Source: Oopsacas minuta
Taxonomy: Eukaryota > Animalia > Porifera
Assembly: GCA_024704765.1 (NCBI GenBank)
Contig: JAKMXF010000096.1
Location: 1 to 25,615 of the forward strand
Direction: 5' to 3'
Length of the DNA stretch: 25,615 bases
The position numbers and the translations under genes were made by a program. Under the pieces are notes generated by a model, which saw nothing but the letters and a program-made list of their open reading frames with translations, did not search any database and was not told the origin of the DNA. Shown here in pieces: positions 1 through 11,705 of this stretch (positions are counted from its first letter, which is position 1; every line of letters starts with the position of its first letter).

Positions 1-112
1 CCAACATCTGTAGATAAAGGGACAGTTTATATCCATTAATTGTCCCAACATCTGTAGATAAAGGGACAGTTTATATCCATTAAATGTCCCAACATCTGTG
101 AATATTGGGACA
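1..112. repeat. 44-bp tandem repeat, ~2.5 copies (may continue left of the window)
   Basis: CCAACATCTG recurs at 1, 45 and 89 (period 44). Each unit carries the inverted hexamers TGTCCC and GGGACA. Confidence 0.9.
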
Positions 113-115
113 TTT

Positions 116-134
116 TATATATATATATATATAT
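116..134. repeat. (AT)n microsatellite
   Basis: Uninterrupted TA run directly after the 44-bp array. Confidence 0.9.
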
Positions 135-1470
135 CAACCAGGATCAACTCTTCCTTTACAACTGTTGTCCGTTGATATGATAAATACAATCGACCATTAG
201 TAGAAATCCTTTTCACTATCTCTGAGTAAATCATTTAAGTTATTAGCTTGGCGTACATAACGTTTTAACCTGTTATTTTGTGTCCATTATACTATTCACC
301 AGATTCATATATTTAAAATTCGTAAGCATTCAAAAAATGAAATTTCAACATTCTACATAGTATGTATTTGAAAAGATGGCAGTATGGCAAAATTGCGATT
401 TTAGGGTAATCGGTACTTACACTGAAGAGATATGTTAAAATGTCATCACATATAGTCAATCGGCTCAGTAGATTTCAAAAATGGCACCAGATTTTTAGTT
501 TCACTTCTGGCAATGGGACTATGACGTATTTTGTGGTATATTGATATATTTAATAATTATGGTTCAAGAATAAATGAGTTCTTAATTTGTCAGTGTTTTA
601 TACCAGCCAGCCCTATTTATTGAAAACATAATGATACTAATCAATTCGAAATACAAATAATTATAAAATGTTATAACGAAAATTAAAATATTACTAAAAT
701 ACATTTCATCCGAATGGCAGTGCCCCATAAACTTAATGTTAAGAAAAGTATAAGTAGACGCCTTCGGTGGGTCAATAAAGTATTGAAATGAAATTAGAAA
801 GTAAACTATGCGAAATGATCAACTAATCAACTCGCAATTATTTGCATTCTAAGATCGGAGAACTAAAATGTAGGTCAAGTAGCTGAAATGTGAGCTGAAA
901 TAGAGCGCTAAAATTGCTTGAGAATGTAAAATTACAAGTTTAAGTTGCTTTTCAAACGAATTAAAATTAATCACTTGATGCAAACGAATACTGACAAATG
1001 CCATTGAATTACTCAAAATTCTGGAATGCTGAAATATTGCAAGGGAATTTGAAAAATACATATTTGCGGTTTTCAGGTTTTAAATTAAAATTTTAGCCTA
1101 AATTTGAGACTTTGGTTAGACATCCTATATGTTCATTGAGTAACTAATAATAGTATGTTTCTAGGTTTGAAATAGTTTAAATTCGATTGCACAGATTAAT
1201 TTTGGTAAATAGCGAAGTCAAATTTTGACCTATCACCCCATAGTTCTACACTGTGGATGATTCATTTGGTCTCACTTCAAATCATATGTTGCAAATACCT
1301 CAAATCTCTGATAACCTTGTTTCCGTAAACATTTTGCTGAATAGATGAAGCCATTTATCACTTATTCCATTAAATATGGAGGTATGACATGACGGTCCTG
1401 GAAATCTTTTCTCTAGCTATACGGAAAGTCGGCCAAACAAACGATTGAAGTGAACACTGTTTTTCATTTG

Positions 1471-1880
1471 AATTGGCTGCAAACTTCTTCTTGGTGTATA
1501 TCGATATGAGTATTTGAATGCTCCTCTGGAGGGTAATTCCTGTTATAGACTACTGGACCATTTGGATGATATGCCATTTGCTGATAGCTGAGTTATATTC
1601 CTAATTGTGTCATATCTTTAAACAAGTGAAGGATACATGTCTACGCAACGTAAGAAAAACGGGATGGAGGGAAAATATACAAGAATTTAGGGAAGCTTGG
1701 CTAGAAACCAATTTACAGTGGTCCCTAAAATCTCATATTTTGTCTGATCACTACAAAGAATATGTCATCTGTTTTAAGAATACACCTATGCCGTGGAGAA
1801 ATTAGTTTAGATTAGAGTGGACAAATGTTTCATTCAAGCATCCAACATGTATGAAATCTTCGATTCAAGACAGGAAAAGA
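1471..1880 (+). pseudogene. Relic of a Transib/Chapaev-class (RAG1-related) DDE transposase, C-terminal part
   Basis: Reading across frameshifts gives W-L-Q-T..LGVYRYEYLNAPLEGNSCYRLLDHLD (1474-1572), then FKQVKDTC..IQEFREAW..SLKSHILSDH (H-x4-H at 1734/1749), then D-*-S-G-Q-M-F-H-S..V-* (1810-1854). The order and spacing match the GN motif, the zinc-binding H-x4-H and the catalytic-E segment of RAG1/Transib/Chapaev. No termini identified. Confidence 0.55.
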
Positions 1881-2687
1881 AATCCTATGTATTTTTAACA
1901 TCTATTATATTGAGTAGTTTGGAATGAGACAAAGCTACTAGTTCCACAACAATGTAGGAAAAATTTCATAATTTACCAATTTATAATACCACACCAAATA
2001 TATCTATACCAAATTCTTTGTCTCTGTTCTGTATGTGAAATTTGAGCCCTCGCTAAAATTCCTAATTATAGATCTACTTTCGGTTGAAAAGTTCCATCCA
2101 ATTTCTTGTGCCTTTGAGCTATGGCTTCGAAAACAGTGAAATACAACCGCAGTGTTCGAATTTTCGAATGATGAAATCTTCTATTCGGCAACAACACATA
2201 TCAATGCGGATACCGAATTCATTTTACATGGAAATTCAATATGATAGGGTATTAATTCTAGACTAGTTAGCAGTTGTCGACTTCCTTTTCCAACCTTTTA
2301 CCCTGCACAATTTCCCAATGTTTTCTTTTCAGCGGCATCCATAATGAAGAGTTTATTTAATCACTACAACATAAACCCAACCCAAGAGAACCGAATGCAG
2401 GTCACTTTCGTACTTCGTCCAATCGGAGGCATCATAAAATCAAATGGAACTCAATAATTGAGTTCCATTTCATTCTATCAAAGCCCGCCTTGAATCAGAT
2501 ATTGCCTGTAATATAAATAATTACTTCCGTTAGTTTCTTTGTTTTAAGTTATAGGATTTGGCCTTTCGTCTTCGACTCAGTAACAAAATCCTCATATATT
2601 GCTTGAAGATTGTGCTGAACCCAGTCCATCGGGATATCGATCTCAATCTAAGTTTGTATATTTCTTTAGACGAAAAAACGGCTACAC

Positions 2688-5053
2688 CAGTGGTTCTCAA
2701 CCAGGCAATATCCCCCCATTGGGGGATACATATCCGGAGAGAACAATCTATACCTGGGGAGTGCATAAATAATCTAGTCAGAGGAGGCTCCTCGCTACCC
2801 CTACTTATTTAGTATCTTTGTATTCAATTCATTTCTGTTTTAAAAACCCATTTGTATTATACGTCGATAAAGTTACTACTCAGATATAATTATTGTTAAT
2901 ACTTTGTAAGCCTTACAATGTAAGGGTTCGAAAAGATGGCATGCATCTGACAAATATAAATTGCTTTTGTATGACGATAAATACTATGTATTCGATTGTG
3001 AATACGTTATCGATGTGTGATTCCAATAATGTGAATAATATAGCATCCTATTGATCGATACAATTTTCATTTTACAATCTACATAAATATGACATAGAAC
3101 TGTATCTAAATTAGTTCATTTTCAATCCTATAATTGCAAGACTTTATTATACAATCAGAAGATTATGTCCGAACCAAATGCAAAACGCAGAATTCGACAT
3201 TAAGATCCCTCTTATCTGCAGTTTGGATTCATTTCTAATCCAGACGAATTAAAACCTCTTTGCTTGACCTGCCATGTATGCTTGGTGAATGATTCTATGA
3301 GGCCCCATCATTTAAGAGCGCATCAAATTTCCCAATCATCCCACAGAGGAGGGGCAGCCAATAGAGTACTTTTCGCAGAAAAAGAAAGTCTATTTGAATC
3401 AACAAAAATCTTTTTCTCTCTTCACTCAGTCTACCGATTTGAAATGTTGTACTTTGGCATCCTATGAAGTATCTTTTCTAATCGCAAAGCTTAAAAAACC
3501 TCACACAGATGCAGAAACTCTAATCAAACCTTCACTGTTGGCTTGTGCCAAGCATGTTCTGGGAAGTGCGGCAGCTGAGAAACTAGACAAAATCCCGTTA
3601 TCTAATGATACAGAAAAAAGGAGGATTAGTGAAATTTCACAGAATTTAGAAGATAAATTGGTTTGGCTTATAAAGGATATTCCTATCAGCATTCAATTAG
3701 ATGTGTCAACATTTGGAGCAGAATCTACTCTTATTGTCTGTATGCGTTTCATCGATAACGACCGCATAAAGGAAGAATTGCTTTTCGTTGATTATTTTGA
3801 ATGTCGTTGCACTGGACAAGATATCTTTAAGATGGTTAGATCCTATTTTGACTCACATCATATTGGTTTAAGCCAAGTTATTAGTGTTAGTACAGATGGA
3901 GCTTGAAATATGACTGGTAGAGATACTGGATTCTTGGGATGTTTTAAAAGGGATGTACCGCAGTGCAGCTTTAACCATTGTATGCTTCATAAACAGGCGT
4001 TAGCTGCTAAAAATCTCCAGCCTGAACTTCATGAAACACTTAACCTTGTCATCAAAGTTGTGAACTTTGTCAAATCAAGTCCTTTGAACGAACGTATGCT
4101 AAAAACTATGTGAAGATTCGGAAGCAGAACATGACGTCCTCCTTTTCCACACAGAAGTTCGCTGCTTAGTAGAGGAAAAGCTCTTCAACAAGTATATTCT
4201 ATTTATGATCAGTTATGTGAATTTCTAGATCAGAAACATTTCTTCGAGACAGAAGTTTTCACCGATCTATTTCAAACTGAAATTGGCTTATCATACTGAA
4301 ATCTTCTCTACTATAACCTGAATAATCTTAGGTTGCAAGGAGATGGGATTTTTCTCCAAGCGTCTATAGAAAATGTGACTACATTTCAAAATAAGTTGAA
4401 ATTCTTTCGTTTACGTATACTGGGCAACCAATGGAACATGTTGCCACGTGTAGAAGCTATTCTTCCTCTTTCACCACATCTTGAATTTAAATTTACTCCC
4501 CTTGTCGAAGAAAATTTGATGAATCTAGTTACTGATTTTCCAATCGCTTTTCGGACGTTCCATCAATCCTTAAATACCTGCTAACCCCGATGGATACGTC
4601 ACTGGAAGATATGTAGGACTTAGACGACATCCTAGTAGACGAGTTGTTATATTTACAGACAAATGAGGGGGCAAAAGCTAAATATTCGCGTGCTAAAAAA
4701 CGAAATTCTGGTTTTTAGTGGAGGGGATATCACCAAATCTTTTCAAAACAGCTGAAAGATTGCTTTTACTTCCATTTCCAACAACATATTTTTGTGAGGA
4801 AACGTTTTCTTCAGCAAATATTCTTAGCTCAAAACACCGCAGGCAACTTGACTTCAGGGAAGATTTAAGGGTATCAGCATCAAGTTATAGTCCAGATATT
4901 GAAATATTGACATCTAATAAGCAATTACAAGGTTCGCATTAATTACTGTAAATTTGAATTAAAAAAACTAATTTCAAATTATTTGGGGAGAAGGGGGCTA
5001 AAAGGGAGAGTAGACTTCATGGAGGGAAGGCCAGAAAAGGTTGAGAACCACTG
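2688..5053 (+). mobile_element. hAT-Buster (Charlie/ZBED5-like) DNA transposon, full length 2366 bp, defective
   Basis: Perfect 15-bp TIRs: CAGTGGTTCTCAACC (2688-2702) and GGTTGAGAACCACTG (5039-5053). Both flanking octamers fit the Buster nnnTAnnn target (GGCTACAC, ATCTAGCT). Internal transposase pseudogene. Confidence 0.95.
3165..4942 (+). pseudogene. Buster-type hAT transposase pseudogene
   Basis: ATG at 3165. BED finger (YLQFGF..PLCLTC..NDSMRPHHLRAH), ASYEVS..IAK.KKPHT, PLSNDT, LDVST (D1), STDGA (D2), HCMLH (CxxH), HTEVR(W)LSRG, PTTYFCEETFS (E), and the C-terminal KQLQGSH stop at 4942. In-frame stops at 3201 and 3904; frameshifts near 3335, 4105, 4165 and further downstream. Confidence 0.95.
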
Positions 5054-5399
5054 ATCTAGCTCAATGGTCCACCACTGACTATTTGGAGACCATTGGAATA
5101 TTCTAATCTTGGCCTCTGTATCCTAATTCAGCAACAGATATTTAGGGAATGAAATCCAATATTCTGAGCTCCATAAACAAGAAGAAACTAGGAAGCATTA
5201 TCAGTAAATAATTTGGGTACATAATCACTTGTTAGAACTCTATTTTCGGATTTATACTAAACCTTTGATATTATTCATACTTACCATATTAATTCAATTA
5301 CTGGTATATTGTTTGAATTTTGTATCAGAAATTAGAATATTTCAATTGAATTTGAACTATGAAATACCGCTTCTATACATATAATTACAGCAGGACAAC

Positions 5400-5735
5400 T
5401 CTGGTTGAAATCACGTTGAATATGTGCTAATAGGTGACAATATATGAAGTTGCTTGTTCCATGGTAAAATCAGCGTAAATATGTGCTAATATGTGAAATT
5501 GGGGGAAGAAATGTGCTGCAAGTTGGAATCACCTTGAATATATGCAATCAGATGAAATTGATTGAAAATACTTAATCCATGTCGAAATCACTTGAAGCAC
5601 ATGAAGACATGTGAAAATTAATGAAGAAATCGTTATATGTTTGAATCATGGTGAATATGTGCTGGCATGTGAAAATGTATCAAAGAACATGTACACGTTG
5701 AAATTAACTTGAAGATGTGCTAATAGTTGGGATAG
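5400..5735 (-). repeat. Degenerate ~58-bp tandem repeat, array A (~6 copies), reverse complement of array B
   Basis: AATCA-like anchors at ~5409, 5468, 5527, 5586, 5644 and 5702. Units read approximately TTGAATATGTGCTAA..GTGAAATT....GAA......GTT.CATG.TAGAATCAC. Confidence 0.85.
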
Positions 5736-6145
5736 TATGAAATCGAATTCCATACCCTGTTTACCCCTATTTGACAAGTGGAAGCCAATCTCTAAAATTA
5801 TTTTGAAATATTCTCAAATGTGTGCAAATATGATAATCTTATGACAAATCAGTGTAGGTATATTGAATAGTATTTATTGACCAAAATAGAATTACAGTCT
5901 ACATCAATAAAAATACAACATTACAGTGTTAATTAATTTACAAGTACTGTGCCAGAACTGATATTATGCATTTATGCCTGATTGTAAACACTACAATCTG
6001 ATTGAACTAAATACAGAGGAATCAAAAAATGAGAAATTATACAAATAGGAAATCTTTCCAATGTCAGGTGCACAACTAGATGTCTCTGCGAGTGTATGTA
6101 CCGAATTTGGAGTATCTCTAAAGGTGTTATCAGGAGAGAGAATAC

Positions 6146-6161
6146 ATATATATATATATAT
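6146..6161. repeat. (AT)n microsatellite
   Basis: ATATATATATATATAT. Confidence 0.85.
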
Positions 6162-6386
6162 CAACCATTTATAACTGAGTCACTATAATATGTAATAGTA
6201 TTTGTCAGTACAGTATAAATGGGATATCGGATTTAACATGTTAGATAAATTTTTGGCAAGTTGTTTTGATTTCTGTTTACTTGATAAACATGATAATAGA
6301 TAGTTAATTAGGTACAACATCTCATAATTTTTGAATCTAAAATAGCATTCCAAAAACCTGTCCTGGAGATCAAACAAACAAACATA

Positions 6387-7696
6387 CAGGGTGGTCCACA
6401 AGTTCTGTCCCATACTTTAATACATAACCATAGATTTTGTGGTAAAGCTAGGTAATTGGTTTTGCGTTTCAAGCTTCTATATAGGCTTATAATTATTCTA
6501 AACTGTTCATCTTAACAGCTCATAGTTTTAGCTAGACAAATTCCTCGATGGAAACGGAAAGGTTGACAATTATCGAATTATATCGAAAAGGGAAAGATCA
6601 AAGTGAAATTTTGAAAATTCTCAATATTCCTAAAACGAGGCGAAAGTTTGTATACCGTACCATTAATAGGTATAAAGATACTGGCAGCGTCTCTGACAAG
6701 CCCAGATCTGGTCGTCCCGCATCTGTAACGACAACAAGGATGAGAAAGATCGCAAGAGGTCGTGTATGGCGAAATCCCAGTCGATCCGTGAGAAAAATGG
6801 CAGCAGAGCTCAAGGTATCTCGTTCTTCCCTCCATAGAATTGTCAAAAGAGACCTGGGTTTATCCACATTTAAAAAACGTAAAGTACACTATCTTTCAAA
6901 GGTAATGAAGGAGAAAAGGCTGAAGAGAAGCAAAGATCTCATTGACCGGTTCGCTATCCAAGGTCTTGATCATGTCTTGTTCTCAGATGAGAAATTATTT
7001 ACGATAGAGGAAGCTTATGATCAACAAAACGACAGAATATTGTCTTCTACAGCGTCTACCATCCCTGAGGAGTACAGATATGTAAAAAGAGTACAGAAAC
7101 CATATTCTGTTATGGTTTGGGCTGGAATATCTACACTTGGCCGGACTCCAATAGTTTTCATCCCAACTGGGGTAAAAATAAATGCTCAAACTTACCAAAA
7201 CCTTGTTCCAAAGCCTATAGTCAAAGATCTTAGCAAGTCGATGTTTAACAATGAACCCTTTTTGTTCCAACAAGACGGTGCCCCTGCTCATACAGCAAAT
7301 ACCACTCAAAGCTGGCTTCACTCCGAAATTCCTGACTATATTTCCAAACAGGAATGCCCCCATCTAATCCGGACCTTAACCCTCTAGACTTCTCAGTTTG
7401 GTCTATATTACAATCAAAGGCTTGTTGTAAATCCCATAAAAATTTGGAGGCCCTGAAGCGATCAATAATACGTGCTTGGAATGAAATCCCCCAGGAAACC
7501 ATGCGAATGGCAGTAGAGGCGGTTCCTTCACGACTTAGGGCTGTAATTAAGAAAAAAGGTGGATATATTGAATAAGCCTAATATATTGTTATCCAAATAA
7601 TGTATACGTTATTGTGTTAAGATTTTAAGTCATTTCAGTTAGTTTTGCCAAAATTATGACCTTTTATCTGTGGGACAGAACTTATGGGCCACCCTG
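6387..7696 (+). mobile_element. Tc1/mariner DD37D (maT) transposon, full length 1310 bp (maT-1)
   Basis: TIRs CAGGGTGGTCCACAAGTTCTGTCCCA and the reverse complement of the right end CAGGGTGGCCCATAAGTTCTGTCCCA (24/26). TA duplication at 6385-6386 and 7697-7698. Confidence 0.95.
6548..7575 (+). pseudogene. DD37D/maT transposase with a single frameshift (342 aa if repaired)
   Basis: HTH and GRP N-terminus, LFSDEK (D1), FQQDGAPAH (D2), PDLNPLDFSVW (D3, 37 residues after D2), ending KKGGYIE. A 1-bp loss at 7355-7356 (TGG CCC CCA became TG CCC CCA) splits ORFs 6548-7387 and 7354-7575. Confidence 0.95.
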
Positions 7697-9379
7697 TACA
7701 TACAGAAATAATTTCCAATTTTTTTATGTAAATTATTAGTGTGCTTCGCATTCTATGTCGCTTCGTTACTGAAACTATTACCAAATGAGACATTTGTCCT
7801 CGGTCTTTTCTTCAGCAGGGGCGTACTGAAGTAACATAAATGTATTTGTTTAATTTGACTAGTGAAATATTATGCGAGGCATGGATTTGTCCGAATTTGT
7901 AGTATGAATTCGTCCGTATTTTATGTTGTGCATCAGTCCGACTGAAGTAAGGCCTGAATGAAGGAAACAGGAAGTTAGTAGTGAGTAATACCCTTGAGCT
8001 CAGTATAAAGGGATAATGAAAGCCAGAACAAGTACAACGAGAATGCTAGTACCTAATGACAGTAAATCCTATTCTGTGATTTGTAGTGATGAAAATCTTC
8101 TTAATACAAACACTAATGGACAACTAAAATTTGTTGGCATAAACCGGAATTCATATCCACGAGGCTGTGCTGTATGTTGATTAAATCGTCTTGTACATAA
8201 CCTATATTGATAACCCCTATCGGTGTGTATGTATTAATTTGTATTTTGTAAATAGGAAATCAAAATCCTAATTACAATTGGGGGCTGAATGTATGCGCTA
8301 ATTTCGCACTCCACGTAGCTGGAGCAAGCGAATCACGCGAACTTTGATAATTTGATTAATGTAGGCATAAGATCGAAATTGGAGATTTATTTTTGGTCCT
8401 TGACAAGGCTAAGGATAAGAAATTGCCTGGTAGCAAAAATACACTAATATTTAAAAGGCCTTTTGAAGTCTAACATTTCACAGAGAGCCATTTAGTCAGT
8501 ACTGCAAATGACAACCCACCAAACACCCCATTCATCTAGCAAGAAAAATATTTGGTCGTTTTGAAGAGGTAATTGTTCGTTTTCTATACAAATTGTTTCT
8601 TTATGATTGAGTGATCTCTTATCACAAATTGTATAGAAATTATCACATAAATCTGTTCTTCGGACTCTAAAAAGTAAAAGGAGGCATCCAAAGGATAAAG
8701 GGAGTAAATTCATTTACAAAGAGCTAAGGTGATACATAATGTTTCTATAGAGGAACTTTCATTTTGCTTCCGCCGGGACGACACGTTTTACAGTCATTAC
8801 ACTGTTTTCAATTTATCTTACACTGATTTTCAACTAGATTAGCCAAGAGGACTCGTCATATACTTATGGCATATATCAAAATGCAATAAGATCTGAATTA
8901 CTGTATGTTAAGATAGTACATTCATTTTTGTAAGAATAAACACAATGTATCAAGCTACACTTTGTTGCCAAATACACTCCCCTTTGTGTGATTTTAGAAA
9001 GAAATACTTGGATACTGAACAAACAATACTCACATTTCAGAGCTTCATAATGAGTTAACCAATAACTAGGAAAAGGCAACAATCTTACTATTTCAATTTA
9101 CTAAATGTCATGAAGGATTGCAATGAGTCAGAAATGGTTGAAGTAATTTACATATACAATGTTGATTAAACTAAGTTATCAATTGTAATATTTTTAGAGA
9201 AACGAAATAGTAGATATATTGGTAGAATGAACAACAATAGCTTTCAAAAGCTGGATCCTTCGCCATCACTCAGTCCCTATGACTATGTTGAAAACGTCCT
9301 TATGCAACGGTAGATAATATGTATATTAATTTTCTGTATTAAAATATAACATTCGTGCAAACTGTCCACATTTTATACA

Positions 9380-10078
9380 TTGGATTATCAAATACTTGAG
9401 GAAAAGATCCTTAGTTCTTATGCCAATCCGCTCCCGTACAGAATCCAATCCTCAAACATCACACAAGATAGGCCATTTTATTCTCGACCCTTGCTTGATT
9501 GGCTTAGGTCGAAATGTGCCCAGTTAGGAATTACATTTATACACCATTGTCATACGCGCTGACATACGTACGTCAGGCCCTCAGAAACATCGTTCATCTT
9601 GCACAAGAACCGATTCAAAAAGATGGAATTGTTATTTTCGTACGGTATCTTTAATTTTAAACGGGACTCAATGTTATCATGAAAAATACCGGCAGAGATA
9701 TGTCCATATATAGTTGTGCAAGGAGCCAGTCTTTTGTCTAGATACTTAGAGAAAAAATTTATGGATTCTTCTGTAGCCAAATACATGATGAAATCTCAAA
9801 TGGATGGTAACACTGTGTGGGCAACAGACATAGAAATCTTTGCTAGTAGTGCTATGCTTGAAGTTGATATTTTTGTTGCTAATGATCAGTCTGAATACGA
9901 TAAACAGCGAAGGGGAAACCAGGTGGTATCGATATCATTCTTCTTGGATGAGTTCTCAAGCACAACTCTACTGACGAATGATGAAGAAGATTTTGAACCA
10001 GTGATTGACTTGATACACAGTCGTACAACCACATATTTTGACACCGACGGTTTAAGTGATACGAATATCATTGAGTAG
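9380..10078 (+). pseudogene. OTU (ovarian-tumour) cysteine protease/deubiquitinase domain relic, probably transposon-borne
   Basis: W-L-R-S-K-C-A-Q-L-G motif at 9500. Catalytic D-G-(N)-C-Y-F-R at 9622-9641 (one base missing in the Asn codon). WATDIEIFASSAMLEVDIFV at 9818. LLTN...DFEPV at ~9970-10003, with GAT where the catalytic His (CAT) is expected. At least three frameshifts. Confidence 0.8.
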
Positions 10079-10340
10079 TGTGTGACCGTCTATACTTTCA
10101 AAATTTCGAATCCTTAATGTATCCGGATGGACAATTGATTATCTTACGAATCTATCGTAATCCATCAAAATAATATCTGGTTTTAGATTATATATTGTTA
10201 TCTTATTTAGTAAAAGTGACAATTTCGAAATAAATGAAGTGAGTAGACATGATGCTATAGATATAACTTTAGAGCAGAACCAAAGCAACCAGGGAAAATG
10301 CATAAATATCGATGTGATAAGAACTACCCGTTGAGTTATA

Positions 10341-11682
10341 CAGGGTGTCCAATAATTACTGGCCTATCCATTGTTAACATTTGTGGAACTAATTAGATAC
10401 AGTAATATTAGTATAGGTATACAAAATTCAATTAATGTTCTTATCTACCCATATACTATCTTTTGCGGCTATGAAGAAATTTTTCTGTCAACATTTTTGT
10501 GTATATGTAGCAACTTTGAGATTTTACTCTTATTTCTGTAATTTGAGGTCGTGTTGATAGATTCCGACAACCGATATAGAGCAATTGGATTGTTAGAAGC
10601 GGGTACAAACCAGAAAGAAGTAGCAAGTATGTTTGGAAAGGAAGTTCGAACGACCAGAGGTTGGTGGTTTCGATTCAAACTAAATTATAGTCTCACATAT
10701 CGAAAAGCTGCTGGACGGCCTAAAAAAATGAACATGGCGGCCAACATGGTGATCGTGAAATCGTTGGGTAAAAGACATCACTCAACTAGAAATTGGAGAC
10801 TAAATTGAAGTTAAAGCGGTACCTGATTTTAAAGAGCACAGTACACAACTACTTACGGAATCAATTAGCTGTTAGAGCATTTAAAAGGCCGAAAAAACCC
10901 AAGCTGACACAAAATCAGATGATAAACAGACTCAAATTCCGTCAAAAAGCAAAAGATTGGACAGTCAATGATTGTAAGAAATTTATGTGGTCAGATGAAT
11001 CACTATTTGAATTATTCCATTCGAGTAACAGGTAAAATAATCGTATTTGGGCTCATAGTACTCAGGCTTTTCTCACTAGAGAGACAATAAAGAATCGACC
11101 CAAGATAATGGTCTGGTGCATGATGAGCTATCTAGAATTATCAGACTTGCACTTTATTCCACCAAAACAAACAGTCAATGCGTTTTACTATGTTTCAGAT
11201 ATTTGGAAGGTATATGCCTTAATACACTCAAGAGAAGAAGAATAAACGGGCCTGTTTATTCGAGAAAACTGGTATTAAAAAAAGTCGCAGCCACATTTCA
11301 TGCAAGAAAGTGCTCCTGCTCACAGGACCATAGTTGCACAAGAATGGTGCAAAAAGCAATTTTCAAGCTTTTGGACTATGGATGAGTGGCCTGGTAACTC
11401 AACAGATTTAACCCCAATAGAGAATATATGGGGTATATTGAAACAATTCATTTACGAAATGAAGCAACCAAATAACGCTGAACAACTGAAAAATCAACTC
11501 GAAATTGCATGGAAATATCTAACCTCAATGGCTAGAGAATACTGTGGCAGGCATGCCAGAAAGGATCAATACATGTTTACGGCTTAATGGAGATTATATA
11601 GGAAAGCAACTGTACATTTTGAAGTCTTATATTTCATAATATATTTTAGAATTGAATAGGCCAAGAATTTCTGAACACCCTG
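10341..11682 (+). mobile_element. IS630-Tc1-mariner DD37E-type transposon, full length 1342 bp, defective (DD37E-1)
   Basis: TIRs CAGGGTGTCCAATAATTACTGGCCTATCCA vs CAGGGTGTTCAGAAATTCTTGGCCTATTCA (24/30). TA at 10339-10340 and 11683-11684. Confidence 0.9.
10545..11609 (+). pseudogene. DD37E transposase pseudogene
   Basis: NRYRAIGLLEAG.NQ.EVA HTH, GRP, MWSDESLFELFH (D1), MQESAPAH (D2 mutated), WPGNSTDLTPIENIW (E, 37 residues after D2), and C-terminal MPERINTCLRLNGDYIGK in a shifted frame. Many frameshifts and stops; start approximate. Confidence 0.9.
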
Positions 11683-11705
11683 TACTATTTCATGTTATGA
11701 TCAAA

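Noticed and set aside
350-560. Sequence resembling Transib/Chapaev subterminal regions (GATTTCAAAAATGGCACCAGATTTT) upstream of the relic, and similar tracts at 2030-2500
   Set aside because: An impression only; I could not identify matching CAC...GTG termini or a TSD.
6578-7502. Antisense ORFs over maT-1 (6578-6835, 6598-6867, 6995-7363, 7245-7502) and the similar 13318-13686 over maT-2
   Set aside because: Shadow ORFs on the opposite strand of transposase genes, with no recognisable motifs.
7815-7960. CAGGGGCGTACTGAAGTA ... CAGTCCGACTGAAGTAAGGCCTG as a small TIR element
   Set aside because: The shared ACTGAAGTAA is a direct repeat, not an inverted one, and there is no TSD.
8492-9082. Minus-strand ORFs 8492-8713 and 8876-9082 as exons of a host gene
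   Set aside because: No recognisable domain, alternative start codons only, and no convincing splice structure.
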